Numbered from the whole stretch's first letter, positions 40,254 to 54,299 are shown. The stretch is 63,717 nt of DNA, filler included, from Reticulomyxa filosa (GCA_000512085.1; 20 parts of 20 records of this genome joined end to end with filler, not necessarily neighbours in it), one strand, 5' to 3'. The notes: generated from the sequence alone by a model not told the origin. Translations and numbers: made by a program.

Positions 40254-42960
40254 CATTTTTGGAAACGATGCAAACTTCCGATTTTCCGAAAATGTGCAAC
40301 ACAATATCAAGTCTTTGGGAATATCTTCCGTCAGGAAATATCTGCTCCTCACTCGTCGAAATAAATTTACAATCGTATCAAACTGTTTATATTTGTTCAC
40401 GAGAGTGGACAGCTTTTCGTATGTAATCTCTTGTTTACTCAATTCCACAAGCTTTGCCACTTTGTCTTCATTGCCATTTGCACAAACAAACTTGCACGTG
40501 GCCGATGTGATGGTATCGTCTTTGACCAGTTCAAACAAGTGCGATAGCATGTCTTTGACAAAGTTTACAAACAATTCGAATGCCCTCACATTTGCAGTGT
40601 ATTTGAATATAATATCCGTCCATAAAATATATTTGAAGCAATAGGCCAAGCCTGTTTTCAACACGTGAGCGTTTTGCGAAGCTAGTCTTTCTTCACGGAG
40701 TTCTTCTTGCGTTTGGTGGTCAGTGGACTGAAATATCAGTTCAATGTTCTCATTATTCCCACTGTGTTTCTGGTCTTCTACGTATACTACTGTCTGTTCT
40801 TCCGGTGTATTGTACTTGTTTTCAGTAGTATTACTCAAATCACTAGATGCGAGTTTGTTGAGACTAAGTTCTATCTCTTTAATATATTGTTTCACAGGAC
40901 TGTGTGACAGTGGATTGTTTTTTCGCACATTATTTAAAAAAAGGGCAATGCCAAGCCCTTTTTTGGCCGATCCATCACGATCACTACTATCATCATATTT
41001 CTTTTCATTTTCCGATCGTTCTTCGGTGTTTGGTGATTGTGCTTTTTCATCCTCGATCAATTGCAAGGTAGTTTCACCAGTATTATCATCTCTTGGTACA
41101 TCTGTCTCACTCTTAATGTCAGCACATTGAGTTAATAGCATATCAGAAATGCATAGATCTTTACGCTTGGTCTCAACTTCCCATGTCAGTGTGGGCACAC
41201 ATATTATCGTATCGAATACTTCATTCCACAGCGTCCAATTCACCGATGGCTGTGCAAAACACTGTTGCACACACTCAATGTCCTTTGTATTCCAAAATTC
41301 ACCGTCGAGGGCCATCTTTTGTTGCTGCAATTTCACCTCGCTGATAAAGAAATCCAAATACGTGCGAGTGAGTTTGTAAAAGTCGGGATAAGACAGCAAC
41401 TGTATCACCTTGCGGTGGAAGTGCAAGGAAGAAGATTCAGGTTTGCCATCCGACGAGTCATATTGAAGCCATCCGCGCAAAGACTTTTGCAACAAGGTTT
41501 TCCACAAATGGTCATGTTTGGTTGTGCGACGAAACTGTTGCAACCACAGTGAGTGATATTCCACGTTGCTTTGCAGTTTCAGAAGAATGCTGTTCGTCAA
41601 GCGTTTCACTGTGTCTTTGATGTCATTGTCCTTAAATGCCACGTGTGTCCAAAGGATATCCAATAAGATTGGCATTCCTTCATGTGACACATTCTCTGTG
41701 TTTAGACATACCTCCACCGTTTTCAGAACTTTACTCTCTTCTGTCCAAATCTTAGTCTCTTTCAACACAAAGTCCTCAAAGAAGTGCTTCCATTGCTCCG
41801 ACAATGACGACAAGGCAAGTACATGCATAAACTCCTTCGAATTGAACAAAGTGAAAAATAGCTGCATGTTTTCGCTCAATAACTTTTTATCTTCAAATGT
41901 TTGCAAAAATATATGCCACTTTTTAAAGTCGCTTTGAAATAGATTCAAAATCACTTTGCCAAATGACTTATGACCAAACACATTTCCCCATACTTCTGTT
42001 TTGAGACATTCTGGTCCCAACAGAAAGTTTAGAATTTTCTCGGAATATTCTTTTTCATTATTGCCACCATAAACCGCCATCAAATCGACCAAATGCCTTT
42101 CCACGGGGATCTGGTTACATTTTTTGGTCGTTCTTACCACCAAATCGACTTTCAATATACTTATTGCTTTTTCTGCTATCGATTTATCGTCAATGTGCGC
42201 AAAATTTATTTTTGTCACACATTCAGATGCAGGGCCTGTCTCATATCCAAATGCCGAACAATAGTTAAAACATGGAACAAGAGTCAGCTTTTCCATCGGA
42301 TCAAGATCTCCACCACCACACAATGCACGATACTGCTCCTTTAGCACATCCTTTACGTCCTTGGGTGGCTCATTGTTGCACTGTTTTGCCGTAATGTGCA
42401 CTGCATCTAACAATGTGGCCGATGACAAGTTGTGATTACAAGGCTCTTGCAATAGCTTTCTTAGAAATGCAAAGCGATATACCTTACATATCAAAAAAAA
42501 AAATTGAACCACATTTTTAAATTTTAAAAAAATTTTTTTTTTTTTTTTCAAAACTGATTTCATGTCTGCATGGAATTTTCCAGTTTATTATTTCTTCATT
42601 GTATAACTCTTCAATTTGATTGTTCTGCAAGTTAATATTTTCTGCCAAGCTGCTGTAGGCACTGCTTACAAACTCAAAGTCATCCGCAGAAATGTTAATG
42701 GAAGACAGCAAATGCAAAAAGATCGAGTAGTCCCTTTGCGTGTCATCATGGTTCTGTTGGGAAAAGCCTTTTTTCTTTTGGACCAAACAAGCACTCTGTT
42801 TGTAAGAGAGTGAGTAAATCGCCACGTCTGTCGCCTTGCCATTTCCCGGATTATTGCACATACCAACACGAAATTTGCGTGTTACGTTTTTTGTTATCGT
42901 GAAATCTCGATAATATAACGAAGGTGTTTTTTCACTATCAACTGCTTTCATTTTGTGCCA
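40254..42960 (-). CDS. Large helical hypothetical protein (internal fragment)
   Basis: An uninterrupted ORF of about 740 codons plus an upstream 144-aa segment. No catalytic motif recognised. Confidence 0.75.
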
Positions 42961-42977
42961 TTCTATATTATGACTCC

Positions 42978-43016
<39 letters not shown>

Positions 43017-43121
43017 TTTTTNNNNNNNNNNNNNNNNNNNNNNNNNNNNNNNNNNNNNNNNNNNNTTAATTAATTAANNNNNNNNNNNNNNNNNNNNNNN
43101 NNNNNNNNNNNNNNNNNNNNN

Positions 43122-46100
43122 AATAATAATAATAATAATAATAAGAGCAATAATAATGAGAACAATGAAAATGACTTCAGAGACTGCAAAGATGCCATTA
43201 CCAAGTTTGGTAATATTCTCCATCCCATTTGGAAGTCATCTCTGCACAACCAGATATCCGAGAGACCCATTGCCATTGGACTCAACGCCGGCAAGCCCAA
43301 CTTAGTGATCAGCTCCAAAAAACTGCTATTCGAGTTACTAGCACTGTTTGAATCGCAGCGATTCATTCCGCGTGCCGAGCATGTTCTTGTTTGCAACGAA
43401 ATGACAACCGAAGAGGATGTCGCTTGTTTGATCTTCCGAGCCATTACCAATAGCAGAAAGGCTACTGCTGCCTCTTCCATCTCCTCGACCTCCTCCTCAC
43501 TCTCTTCAATCCAGCACAACGTTGTGCAACCGCTGTATTGTTTGATGTTCCCCGAAAAGCTGACGCTGACAACTCTGGACAACGTATGTCAAGACGTATA
43601 CGACCTGTTGCTGAACGACCTTCGCTTGGAAAAGCTAAAAGACAATCTGTACATGTTCGCGGTCATGTCTTCGAGATCGGAAAACAACTTGTGCAAATCG
43701 CTGTCGCATTTCCAAGTCACACTTCAAGACCTGTCGCCCGAAGGTATTTGCCATCAAATGTTGTCCCAACTCTATTGCAAGTCGTGGACCACTTCGCCCT
43801 CGTGCGATCTCATTGTCAAGCCTTGCATCCAACTCTACACGTCCGATCGCGTCGCAATGGGCAAAAGTACTCTTATCCAAAGAGACATGGAAAAGATCCG
43901 CAATTTGTGCAAAGGCGTCAGGGCCGTTAAAGAGGTCTGCGTTACCTTCAACGGCAAAGATATCGACTGGGAACAAACAATGAAGAGTCTTTGGAGTCAT
44001 CATCCTTGTGTCGATGCTGTGGGCTTGCAAGGCAAACACGACAAACTCAAACACGAACTCGACGCATTAATCGTGTATCATTTGAATATATCATCCTGTG
44101 TCTCTGAACAAATCAATGACTTCCTTTTTGAATTGTTGTTTTTGCAACACATCAACTCCAACTTCCAAATGTGTCAATGCTTCCATGTCAATCCCAACAT
44201 GGCCTTTCTTATTGAAGTCCCTTCCACTTTGAACGATCCCATTGCCATTTTGTCTCCCCAAAAACTTTTTTACTTATTCTTTTCCGTCGCTCAATTCCCC
44301 ATCTTGCAGGTCACCATGCAAAATAACCCCTTTGTGTTTGGAAAGGAAGCGCAATACGCTATCAAATGGATGCAAGAGTTTTTTGCCGGACATTTGAAGT
44401 TTTGCAAATAAATATATGCATAAATGAATAACCAAATTTAAAAATTAAAATAAAATACGTATACGTATTGTGTTCTCCCCCTCTTCTCCCTTAAAAAAAA
44501 AAAGGAAAAAAGATCCAAATCCTCTCCAGATGCCCGACTTCGAGGAAGAGAAATTGAAAAATTTCATGGGCAAACACTTTTCAGAAATTAGCAAATCAAG
44601 TCCTTTGCATCTGCTTTCTTTTTTCAAATATTTATATCAACAATTTAAACCGTTGGCAGAATCGTCTTTGCTACGAAACGAGGGCCCAAAGACGAGTAAA
44701 AAAAAACTGCAATGGAAACACATCATCACAAAATCGGTAATCGATATGGCCAAATTGCTGTGCAAATGCCAATACGATGACGTCGAACTCAGTTCGGACG
44801 AAAAGAACATGAGAGTCGAAAGCACCGGCCACGAGGAGTTTTATTTGTGTAAAAAGTGGCATTCTTCCAATGATGCCTGTTTCTTGGTGAATCAAGATGG
44901 AGGTTGGATTGCACAAACAAATAGCCAAAATGAATAAATATACTATATATACATACGTATACCATTTATTTATTTTGTTTACTAAATTTGTTGCAAAGAT
45001 AATTTTGTCTGTCTATATTCTTCTTTCAGAGAGTATTTCCGTATTACTAAGTGACAACAAAAAGATGAAGGAAACAAAACTGAAAGCTTTGAAAGACCAG
45101 GGCTTTTATTTGTTCGATTGGCAACAAGATTTAAAAAGCCGGGATTGGACCTCCAGGTTTGTTGCATAGACGTACATATGATAAATGTGTTTTGTGACGT
45201 GTATACGCTCATTGCCATTTTGTTTACGTTTGAAAAAAGTCAAATGCCGAAGGGGAGAAAAGGCAAAGCGAAAAAGAACAAAGATTGCGGATGTTGTTCC
45301 GCATTTTGGGAACTAAATACAAAGAGATGCCAAAAAACGGAAAGCCCGCAAATGAAAACGACAAGAACGAAAAAAAGGAAGAGAAGACAGACGAAGAAAA
45401 CAACACTGTCAAAACAGCGCAGCTGCATAACGAAATTGTGAAAAAGTTATGTGATGACACAAGATGGTCAAACTATGTGCTAACATTTGATAACATCCTA
45501 AAAATGGTTGCCATTTTCTCGAAAATTCGCACTGACTCTCCTGTTATTTTGATGGGCGAAACCGGGTGTGGCAAGACGTCGTTGATAAAATGTCTGGGAC
45601 ACGCAGCCAATGTAGATCTGATCGCAATTGATGTTCATGGAGGATTTGGAAGAGACGAGATTCGCAAAGTGATGGAAAGCTGCTCCAAGAAAGTATCTGC
45701 TGACAGCAACAAAGAACTGTGGCTATTCTTAGACGAAGTAAATACATCCCCAGACATTGGCTGGTTTAAGGAGTTGATTTGTGATCAGAGTCTAGATGGT
45801 GTGAAAATCAGTCCCCAAATCAAAGTGATTGCTGCATGCAATCCTTATCGCCAACGAAAAGGAAAAACAGGACAGATAAATTTGGATGGCACCTCAAGCA
45901 AATGGGTTTATCGTGTGTTCCCTTTGTGTAGCACAATGAAGGAATATGTTTGGCCTTTTGGCCAATTACCTCCTTTGGATGAAAAGCAATACATCCGGGC
46001 AATGACCAAACAGATGAAAGAGAAATTTGATCCAACAAGCTTGGCTTTTAAAGAAATTGAAAAGTGGGAGACAATAATTGCAGAAAATATTTCCAAATCA

Positions 46101-48655
46101 CAACAATTTCTGCACAAAGCGTTAGCCAACGAAGCAATCGCTTCGTTACGCGATGTGAGCAGATGTTTGAGATTTTTCCATTGGTTGATGCAACAACAAC
46201 AACGGCAAGATGCGACAGTGAAAACGAAGGAAGTGTCGTGGACAGAAAGAGCATTAAACATTGCATTGAGCCTAAGCTATTACTTTCGATTAGAAGAAAC
46301 ACAAAGAAAAAAGTATAGCGAACTCATATCTTCCCCACGCAAACCACCGTTTTCGGACATGGTGGGTGAAGAAATAACCCGTCTGTCGGAGTCCTTTCAA
46401 GGACTGTCTCAAGTTGCATTTCATACTATTTTAAAAGAAAATCTATTCGTATTATTTTTTTGCATTATCACAGCTACCCCGATGATATTAGTCGGAGAGC
46501 CTGGTACTTCCAAAACCTTGTCTCTGCAAATTGTGCTCAGCAAGCTATCGCACCACAGCATCAAAGATTTTCAGAAAAAGTTGGAAGTCAACCACTTCCA
46601 GTTCTGTGTGAAACCATTACACTGCGTGTCGTTCCAAGGCACGAGGAATTGCAAGCCAAGTGCAATCAAAGAAACATGGAACCAAGCCGAAAGATACAGC
46701 AACGATAAGACAACGACGACACTGTTGCTATTCGACGAAATAGGTTTGGCGGAGCAATCACAATACAACCCTTTGAAAATACTGCACCAACTGTTGGAAC
46801 ATCCCAAAATTTCCTTTGTTGGCATTTCCAATTGGACTTTGGATGCTGCAAAGATGAATCGCATGGTCATGCATTCCATACCAGTCATGAGCAACAAGGA
46901 CTTGGAAGACACTGCCAAGTCCATCTTTGACGCGGTCGGCGTGTCTGTCAGCTCCAAAGATATCGAAAACTTGATCAAAATATACGAAAAAATCATTCAA
47001 CACAAAACAGATGCATTCAAATCCAATGGCAACAAACGCTTTTTTGGTGCACGCGACTTTTATGCGTTAGTCAAACACCAAGCCGTCCGTGCAGCTCACC
47101 CGACATTAAAGAAATCCTTGGAAGGATATCTCCGCAATTTTGGCGGCTTTGAGGAAAGCAAGGCAAGTGAGCAATTGCGAAAGATTTTAGTGGAAGTATT
47201 GGGCTTGCGAGATGAGGACATTTCGGAACAGTTCAAATTCTGGACCCCCGTGCGCTGTGTCCAAAGTAATGTCACAAGAACGATCACTCCCAAAGACAAT
47301 CCGCTGCAAGTGCATCGACACTGTATGGTTATTAGTGAAGAGCACTATTCTTGGCAGTTGCTGTTGGACTATGGCATTTTAAATTACGACCACGTCTTTT
47401 TGTTTGGAAGTTGTTTCCCACATGACACCTATTCCAACATCAATAATTACAATCATTTGAATAAAATCATTGATTGTATGGACACTGGTAAAAGTGTCGT
47501 TTTGCGCAATCTCGACGACATTTATGAGAGTTTGTATGACATGCTAAACCAAAGATATCAGCAAAGGCCCTCTGGTTTGTTTGTTTTTATTTATTTATTT
47601 CTTCCAACTCTTTTTCTCCTCCTCTTGCAATTTTGATTATTATTGTCATCAAAAAAAAAGGTAATCAATATTGTCGAGTGGCCCTGGGAACCGAAAGCCG
47701 AGATTGCCACGTTGATCGCGAGTTCAAATGTGTCGTGGTGGCCCGCAAGCAGGAGGCACATAGTGCAAATATGCCAATAGCATTCCTCAGTCGTTTCGAA
47801 AAGCAATTCATATCCTATCGAAACGCGCTGCCAACAAACATCGACAAGCATCTTCAATCTGCCCGCGAGGTGTTGCTGACATGTTTCAAACGATCGAACC
47901 AGCAACTGCAGAAATTGTTTTGTGGGTATTGCGAAGACACCCTCACCTCCGCATTGCTATATTTGACTGCACAAAAAGCGGAGTTGCAAGACAGCAAAGA
48001 CGAGGAAAAAAAGGAGCAAGCGGAAAAGGATCCTATTTTCAATTTGAACAGCGTGCAATTTGATACACAAGAATTGAAATTGAAGCTGTTGGATTTGTTT
48101 CGACCTTTGTGTCGACCCGAAGAAATTATCAAAATACCCATTAATGAAGATGTGTATTTTCATTCATTGGTAAAATAAAAAAATTGTTTACACTTCTTTC
48201 AAAAAGTGGTTCAAATTGAAGGGGGGGGGGAGTATTATATACGTATACATATTATATATTTACATATTTTAAAAAAAAAAAAAAAGGGAACAATTGTAGC
48301 CACTCAGAAAAAGGACGCGAAAAATCAAATGCTGCTGGTAACAACAAACGACGTGGAATACAACATTCCTCTAGAGTGGGAGCGTTTCACCAAAAAAATA
48401 GAGTCGTTCAAGAAAGTGAACGAATTTGAAAAAACAGTGAAAGAGTTTTTCAACAGCAAAGTGAAGAACGACGTGTTAATTTTGCAACAACGCTACACGT
48501 CCAGAGCCAAGGACCTGTTGGAACAAGTGATGAGCATTCTCCAAGTCGAACATTATCTGTTTTACAGAGTCCCCGACAATCATGATGCAAGCAAGCTGAT
48601 TGTCTTGCTCATTCACACCAATCGAGAATCGCCATTTCCTTTGATATTTACACGG
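43122..48655 (+). CDS. RNF213 (mysterin)-like dynein-related multi-AAA+ ATPase, internal fragment
   Basis: Motifs in RNF213 order: GKPNLV..VLVCNEMTTEEDV, AMGKST, YVLTFDNILKM..PVILMGETGCGKT, FLDEVNT, AACNPYR, VYRVFPL..YVWPFGQL..EKQYI, SLRDV, LKENLF..LVGEPGTSKTLS, FDEIGLAE..NPLKILH, GISNWTLDAAKMNR, FFGARDFY, RNFGG, MDTGKSVVLRNLDDIYESLYDMLNQRY and PIAFLSRFEK. Confidence 0.92.
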
Positions 48656-49095
48656 TATACATATATATATNNNNNNNNNNNNNNNNNNNNNNNNNNNNNN
48701 NNNNNNNNNNNNNNTTAATTAATTAANNNNNNNNNNNNNNNNNNNNNNNNNNNNNNNNNNNNNNNNNNNNCATTTAAACTCTTCAAAGAAAACCAACTAC
48801 TGCCAAAACTGACATTTTTATTGGTATTATCTCCTCATTGCGGCCTAAACACATTTCCTGACTTACAGTTTCAATGAAGTAACCAACAAAAGTATATTTC
48901 GACTTATGAAATTTTTCTCTTTTAGTAAATTGAAAATATAAATAGGTATTTGCAAAACTAAAATAATATCTTAGTTTAAAATCTCATAATGAACAAAGCA
49001 GTTCGTCAAAACGACAAGTTCAGCAAAAGCGTTTTTTTCCCAATCCCATACCATCAAAAAAAAATCTTATATAAGTAATTTGTTTTTGTGCTAAA

Positions 49096-50275
49096 ATGAT
49101 ACCCGAAAGTGTCAAGCCAGAGGAAAGTGTTGTCAGGGACATGACAATTCCTTTTCAAAACTTGACCAGTTTGCCAACCCCACTTGAAAGTGGTCAATGT
49201 GTGACGCACAAACACGAAATTTTGATTTGCGGAGGTGCGTACCAAAGAGAATGTTATTCGTATGATGTCCTCAAAGACAAATACAAGTATATATGTTCTT
49301 ATCCAAGTGAAGTTACATTACGTGGACACTGTGTAGCAAAGCGTGTTGACAAGGATTCAAATGAGGTGACATTGGTTTTCTTTTGGTGGAATAAAAAAGC
49401 ATTGGTTAATGATGAGATATGTAAGTGTTTGGAATGACAATGAAGAAAAGGAGATTGAAAGTGCAAAAACAAAGCATTGCAATGAATGGGTTCCCTTTAC
49501 AGACAATGACAATAAGCCAGTTTACTTTGGAAGATATGTAGATAATTGCGAAGGAGCCCGTGTATTGATCGGTGGGAGCAATAATCATCTGGCGTTTATT
49601 ACCTATCCCCCAAATTATATTTGTGTATTTAACATGAATACATTTCAATACATCAAACAAAACACTTTGCCGACCGATGATTATATATGGTATCATTGCT
49701 TCGTGGCCAAGATGGGGAATGAAATATCACATGTGAAAGAGAAGATCAATGCAAAGCATGAAATGTTGTTATTTTGCAAAGAGACAGGGATAGCAATTGA
49801 ATATGATGAAGACAACAATATGTTTGCATTTCAGACGTTATATGTCTGTTCAACGATGCGATCATTTACTGGCTATGCTTATGTGTGTGTCAATGGTGTC
49901 ATCTTATTTTTTGGTGGATATTCGAATGGAGAACGAGCACGACATGTGCACAAGTATTTCATCAAAGAGAACAAATGGATGCAGCTCACTCATACCCTGT
50001 CCATTCCATTGTGGAAGAGTGTTGGCGTGTTGAATGGGGATGATACATGTGTGCACATTCTTGGTGGAAATGATCACAAAGGCGATGCCTTGTCCACACA
50101 CATTGCAACGCAGGTGCAAGTCTGGATGAAAGGAGAAGCCGAAAAACAATGGATGTTGGAAGAAGAATACCTCATTGGAAAGGAAGAGACCAAAAGGGAT
50201 ATCAATGAGATAAAGCAATTAGAAATTGAAATTGGAAAAAAGCAATACAAATTTCAAACGAAAGAGCTGAAAGTT
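49096..50275 (+). CDS. Kelch-repeat beta-propeller protein (one frameshift at about 49372; error or young pseudogene)
   Basis: HEILICGG..ECYSYD..KYKYICSYP, GARVLIGGSNNHL, VILFFGG..VHKY..NKW and VHILGG. Removing one base joins the two ORFs as TLFSFGGIKKHWLMMRYVSVW. Confidence 0.85.
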
Positions 50276-50669
50276 TCACTGACTTTCTCTCTTCGTTTGT
50301 ACTATGATTGGAANNNNNNNNNNNNNNNNNNNNNNNNNNNNNNNNNNNNNNNNNNNNTTAATTAATTAANNNNNNNNNNNNNNNNNNNNNNNNNNNNNNN
50401 NNNNNNNNNNNNNTTCAACACCTTCTAAGTACTTCTATAGAGAGAAATTTCTATCTGAATAGGTTTTTGCAAATAGGAACAACAATAAAATGCTACAATT
50501 TTTCACAAATTAAAAAAATTTCGATTTTTGTTTGATTAAATATTTCATTTCTTTAGGAAAATATTTAAAGAAAGAGTGTATTATTTCATTTGATTGTGAT
50601 GGCTGTGTTTGAAGAAAAGTAATTTATTCTAAAATTGCAAACTGAATGCTTAAAACAAGCATATTAATC

Positions 50670-51860
50670 AGTATATCACAAAATCAAATTGTACAATCTC
50701 TTGATCCAGAACATATCATATTTGAACAACCATCAATTCTGATATTATCTACTACAAATGGTGAATATTCAACAGCACCTACTTCATTTGTGTATCCATT
50801 GAACACTTGAATTTGTTGACAAGATCGAATATCCTACAAATGGACACTATTATCTTTGGATCCAGATAATATTATATTTAAACTACCATTAATTTTTAAT
50901 TCATTTGATCCACATTTTACACCTCACTAAATTTTCATGTCCTTTAAATCCAACTATTTGTTTGTTGTTTCAATATCCCATATTCGAATGGTTTTATCCA
51001 GAACAAATTATATCTCCATACCATCAATCATGCTAATATCATTACTTTTATTATTGTCATTCTTGCTGTTGCTTTGCAATGGTGAAATATCAACATACCA
51101 AACACTATCATTATGTCATTGAAAACATGTAATAATTTGGATATTTCAATATCCCATAAACAAATTGTTTTGTCAAATGATCCAGAACACAAATATCTAC
51201 CACTATTAAATGATGAAAACTCAATCCCATCAACCCATTCAATGTGTTTTCTGCAAAAAAGAATACTCTGTTATTTGTTGAAAAACAAATGACATTATGA
51301 CGATTGATATAATAATGATATGGTGAAAATTTCATACAATACATTCAGTCGAAAAATTGGTGGAGTAATTGAATCTATTTGCCGGTTTCAACAGCCCACA
51401 CAAAATGTTTTGTCAAGTAATGCAAATGAATTAGTCATCACTAAATGTTAAAAAATCAATACTTATAAAATAATTCGTGTATTCAGTGAATAGGTTGCGT
51501 AACTTTGATGATAAACAAAATATGTCAAGCATGAAGAAATTGCTTGCCTGTAAAAACAATTTTTATAAAATAACAATAAATAAATAGTTGTCGTGGAATA
51601 AAATAAAAATAGACTTAACATATTCAGCAACAAGTCTGTCAAAATCATGGATCCATCCTAATTTAATGTTTAATATTCTGACCCAATATCTAATAGTTAA
51701 TTTGATTTCTTCTACTTCTTCTTCTGACAGATTTTCCTGAAGTTACAATCAACTAAATCTTAAAAGATAACTCTTTCTGAAGGATGTATTGAATAAAACT
51801 TACCACTAGCTGTTGTATTGTTAGCTCTTTTTTACTGAGAAAAGTTCTCATTCTATTGTT
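50670..51860 (-). pseudogene. WD40-repeat pseudogene with N-terminal 'WVRILNIKLGWIHDFD' module
   Basis: ICSGSFDKTICLWDI, KTIRIWDIE and ILSGSKDNSVHL*DIRSCQQIQVFNG...ICSGSRDCTI*F, with several stops and frameshifts. An upstream exon reads EEIKLTIRYWVRILNIKLGWIHDFDRLVAEY. Confidence 0.85.
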
Positions 51861-52099
51861 TTTTTTCTTGAAGATGATTTTTTTTTTTATTATCATAAAG
51901 GGGCTTACGTACGATATGCAAGATTTTTTTTATCAAAAGTTGGACAGCTTCAGTTTTTATCTTTGAAAGGGTTTGATGTTTGCAAGTTTGACATTCTCTT
52001 GTCATAATATAATTTGCCAAAATCAAGACTAAAAAAACTCTAATTATCTTTAGTTCATTTGTCTTCTATCATTTATCAAGGTTAAAAATGGGTAAGAAG

Positions 52100-52230
52100 G
52101 AAAAAATGATGAAATGTCATCAATTGAATATGATGAAGATAACAACACTTTTCAATTTCGTCAGTTACCTGTTTGTGACGGTATTGCATATGTATGTGTG
52201 CACACATGGAAACAAAAGTGAATGATTGAA
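52100..52230 (+). pseudogene. Kelch-family pseudogene fragment
   Basis: SIEYDEDNNTFQFRQLPVCDGIAYVCV matches AIEYDEDNNMFAFQTLYVC...YAYVCV of the Kelch gene near 49800, with internal deletions. Confidence 0.7.
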
Positions 52231-54044
52231 TAAAGAGGAAATGAAAAAAGAAATTGAATTAAAAATAGAAGAAAAAAAAAAAGGGAGGATGAGAATGAAG
52301 TAAATAAAATAGTAAAAAAAAAAAGATGAAAGAAAATAAAAAGATAAAACAGAAATAATTGAAAAATTGAAAAATTGAAACAATGTCAAATGAACAATTT
52401 GAATGCAAATGGAAAAGTGAACTCACTTCTTCAAAAAATGTATTTGCATGACAATAATATATAGAAAATGCGAAAGACACGGATATCAAGTAGTTGACAT
52501 GTCATTATTGGGTGAATGCATAAAAAAGTTGTCACTTCTATAAGCTCTTCATCTTCATTGAATTGAAAGCTCACACAAATTGAAGAGCCGATAAGAAAGA
52601 GATTGAAATTAGTGTTGAAGGAAAAGAAAGTTGATAATGCTGTGAAAGAGAATAAAGTGAACATCAACTAAAATGTAATCACCTTAGAGTGGATTACAAA
52701 AAGGTGATAATAATAAAGTGTTGGTTCTATTGTTCAATAAAAGTGAGATAGACTGATCCAAGAATTGAATATTTTTTGAAAAGTGAAAATACTTTGTCAA
52801 TCATGTTTTCTATTTGATTGAAAAGAATTTGTGAAATTGAAGAATTGAAATGTAAATTTATAAAAACAAAAAAAATTGTAGAAGTAGTGATACATTATTC
52901 AAGAAAGAATTGTAGTTTCCTCAAAAGATCTTACAATAATAAAAATTTCTTATTATGATGTTGTTATTGTCAGATCTATTAATGCAAAAGATAGACAGTT
53001 AATTATATGGAAATGATGGAATGTGTTAGTATTTTACAATTGTAATAACAAAAAGAATGAAAACAAATTTTCATTTTAATCACCAGTAAAGAGATTAATA
53101 AATATGAAAAAATGTCAGACAAAAGAGTAGATACATTTACAAATATTTATGTTAACGACTAAAAGCAGCAAATTAACAAATTGAATTCAATGAAATACAG
53201 TTGACAAGTGTTTGTTGTCATTGTAATACCAACAACAATTGATGTATAATTCAAAAAAAAGCACTTGTATTGCTATTATTTTCATCGAAACTGCCAATTA
53301 CAAGAAAATAAAATTACTAAATAGTTTGTTTCTTTTATATTCTTTTCAAACTGTTTATTGCTTCATTCAAATCATTTTTTATTGTTTTATTCGCCTAATG
53401 CCTTTTGAGCCAAAACAAGCTCAAATTGTGATACTGCCTTTACCAAAAATTATAAGTCTTAAATTAACTTTTCAAACGTATTTGCTCCTTTGCTTTATCT
53501 AAAAAGATATCCTTTTCACAATAATCTACGATCTGATAATGGGTTTCAATGCCGGAAAACAAAGGACTGAGAATCGAAAAAGAAGTCTAGATCGATTAGA
53601 TTGATCGTCAATGCTGAGCAATCAAATCCAAAGGATAATAATGCAAGGAGTACCTTCATATTTACATTAGGAAATTGTAAGTACAATGAATCATAACCAA
53701 AGAAAATTACAAGCCCTAAGCAGCCAATGTAAGTGAAATTTTTAAAATAATTCTTCATTCACGTAAAATCAATTGTTGTTGTTCTTTTGATTTAATATAT
53801 CATAATTTAAGTTTCGTTTCTCAATTATCATAAATGAACAATGGCAAAGGTGACGCTACTTTTTTTTTTAGAGACTTTCTAAAAAGCCATAAATATTAAC
53901 ATCTTTGGTTAAAGATTTATTTATTATATAAAAAATTAGTTATAAAAAACACTCACAGAATATTTATTCATAATTTGTTAACTTTTTAAAGAATTATGGT
54001 TTACATATATTTAATTATACTTTTTTAAAATTTATTTCTCTACT

Positions 54045-54113
54045 GTATTTCGTAATTATTTTATCAAAGTCATCAATCCATCCTAATTTTATCTTTAAAG
54101 TTCGAATCCAATA
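54045..54113 (-). CDS. Exon fragment encoding YWIRTLKIKLGWIDDFDKIITKY
   Basis: Intact copy of the module seen at 51620-51720 and 2615-2670. It runs in from the spacer. Confidence 0.6.
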
Positions 54114-54299
54114 NNNNNNNNNNNNNNNNNNNNNNNNNNNNNNNNNNNNNNNNNNNNTTAATTAATTAANNNNNNNNNNNNNNNNNNNNNNNNNNNNNNN
54201 NNNNNNNNNNNNNTACACATATACATATATGTATTTATGGTATTATCTATTGTATTTGTTTACGTAATGTGCATTCATATTACAATTATGAATTGTGTG

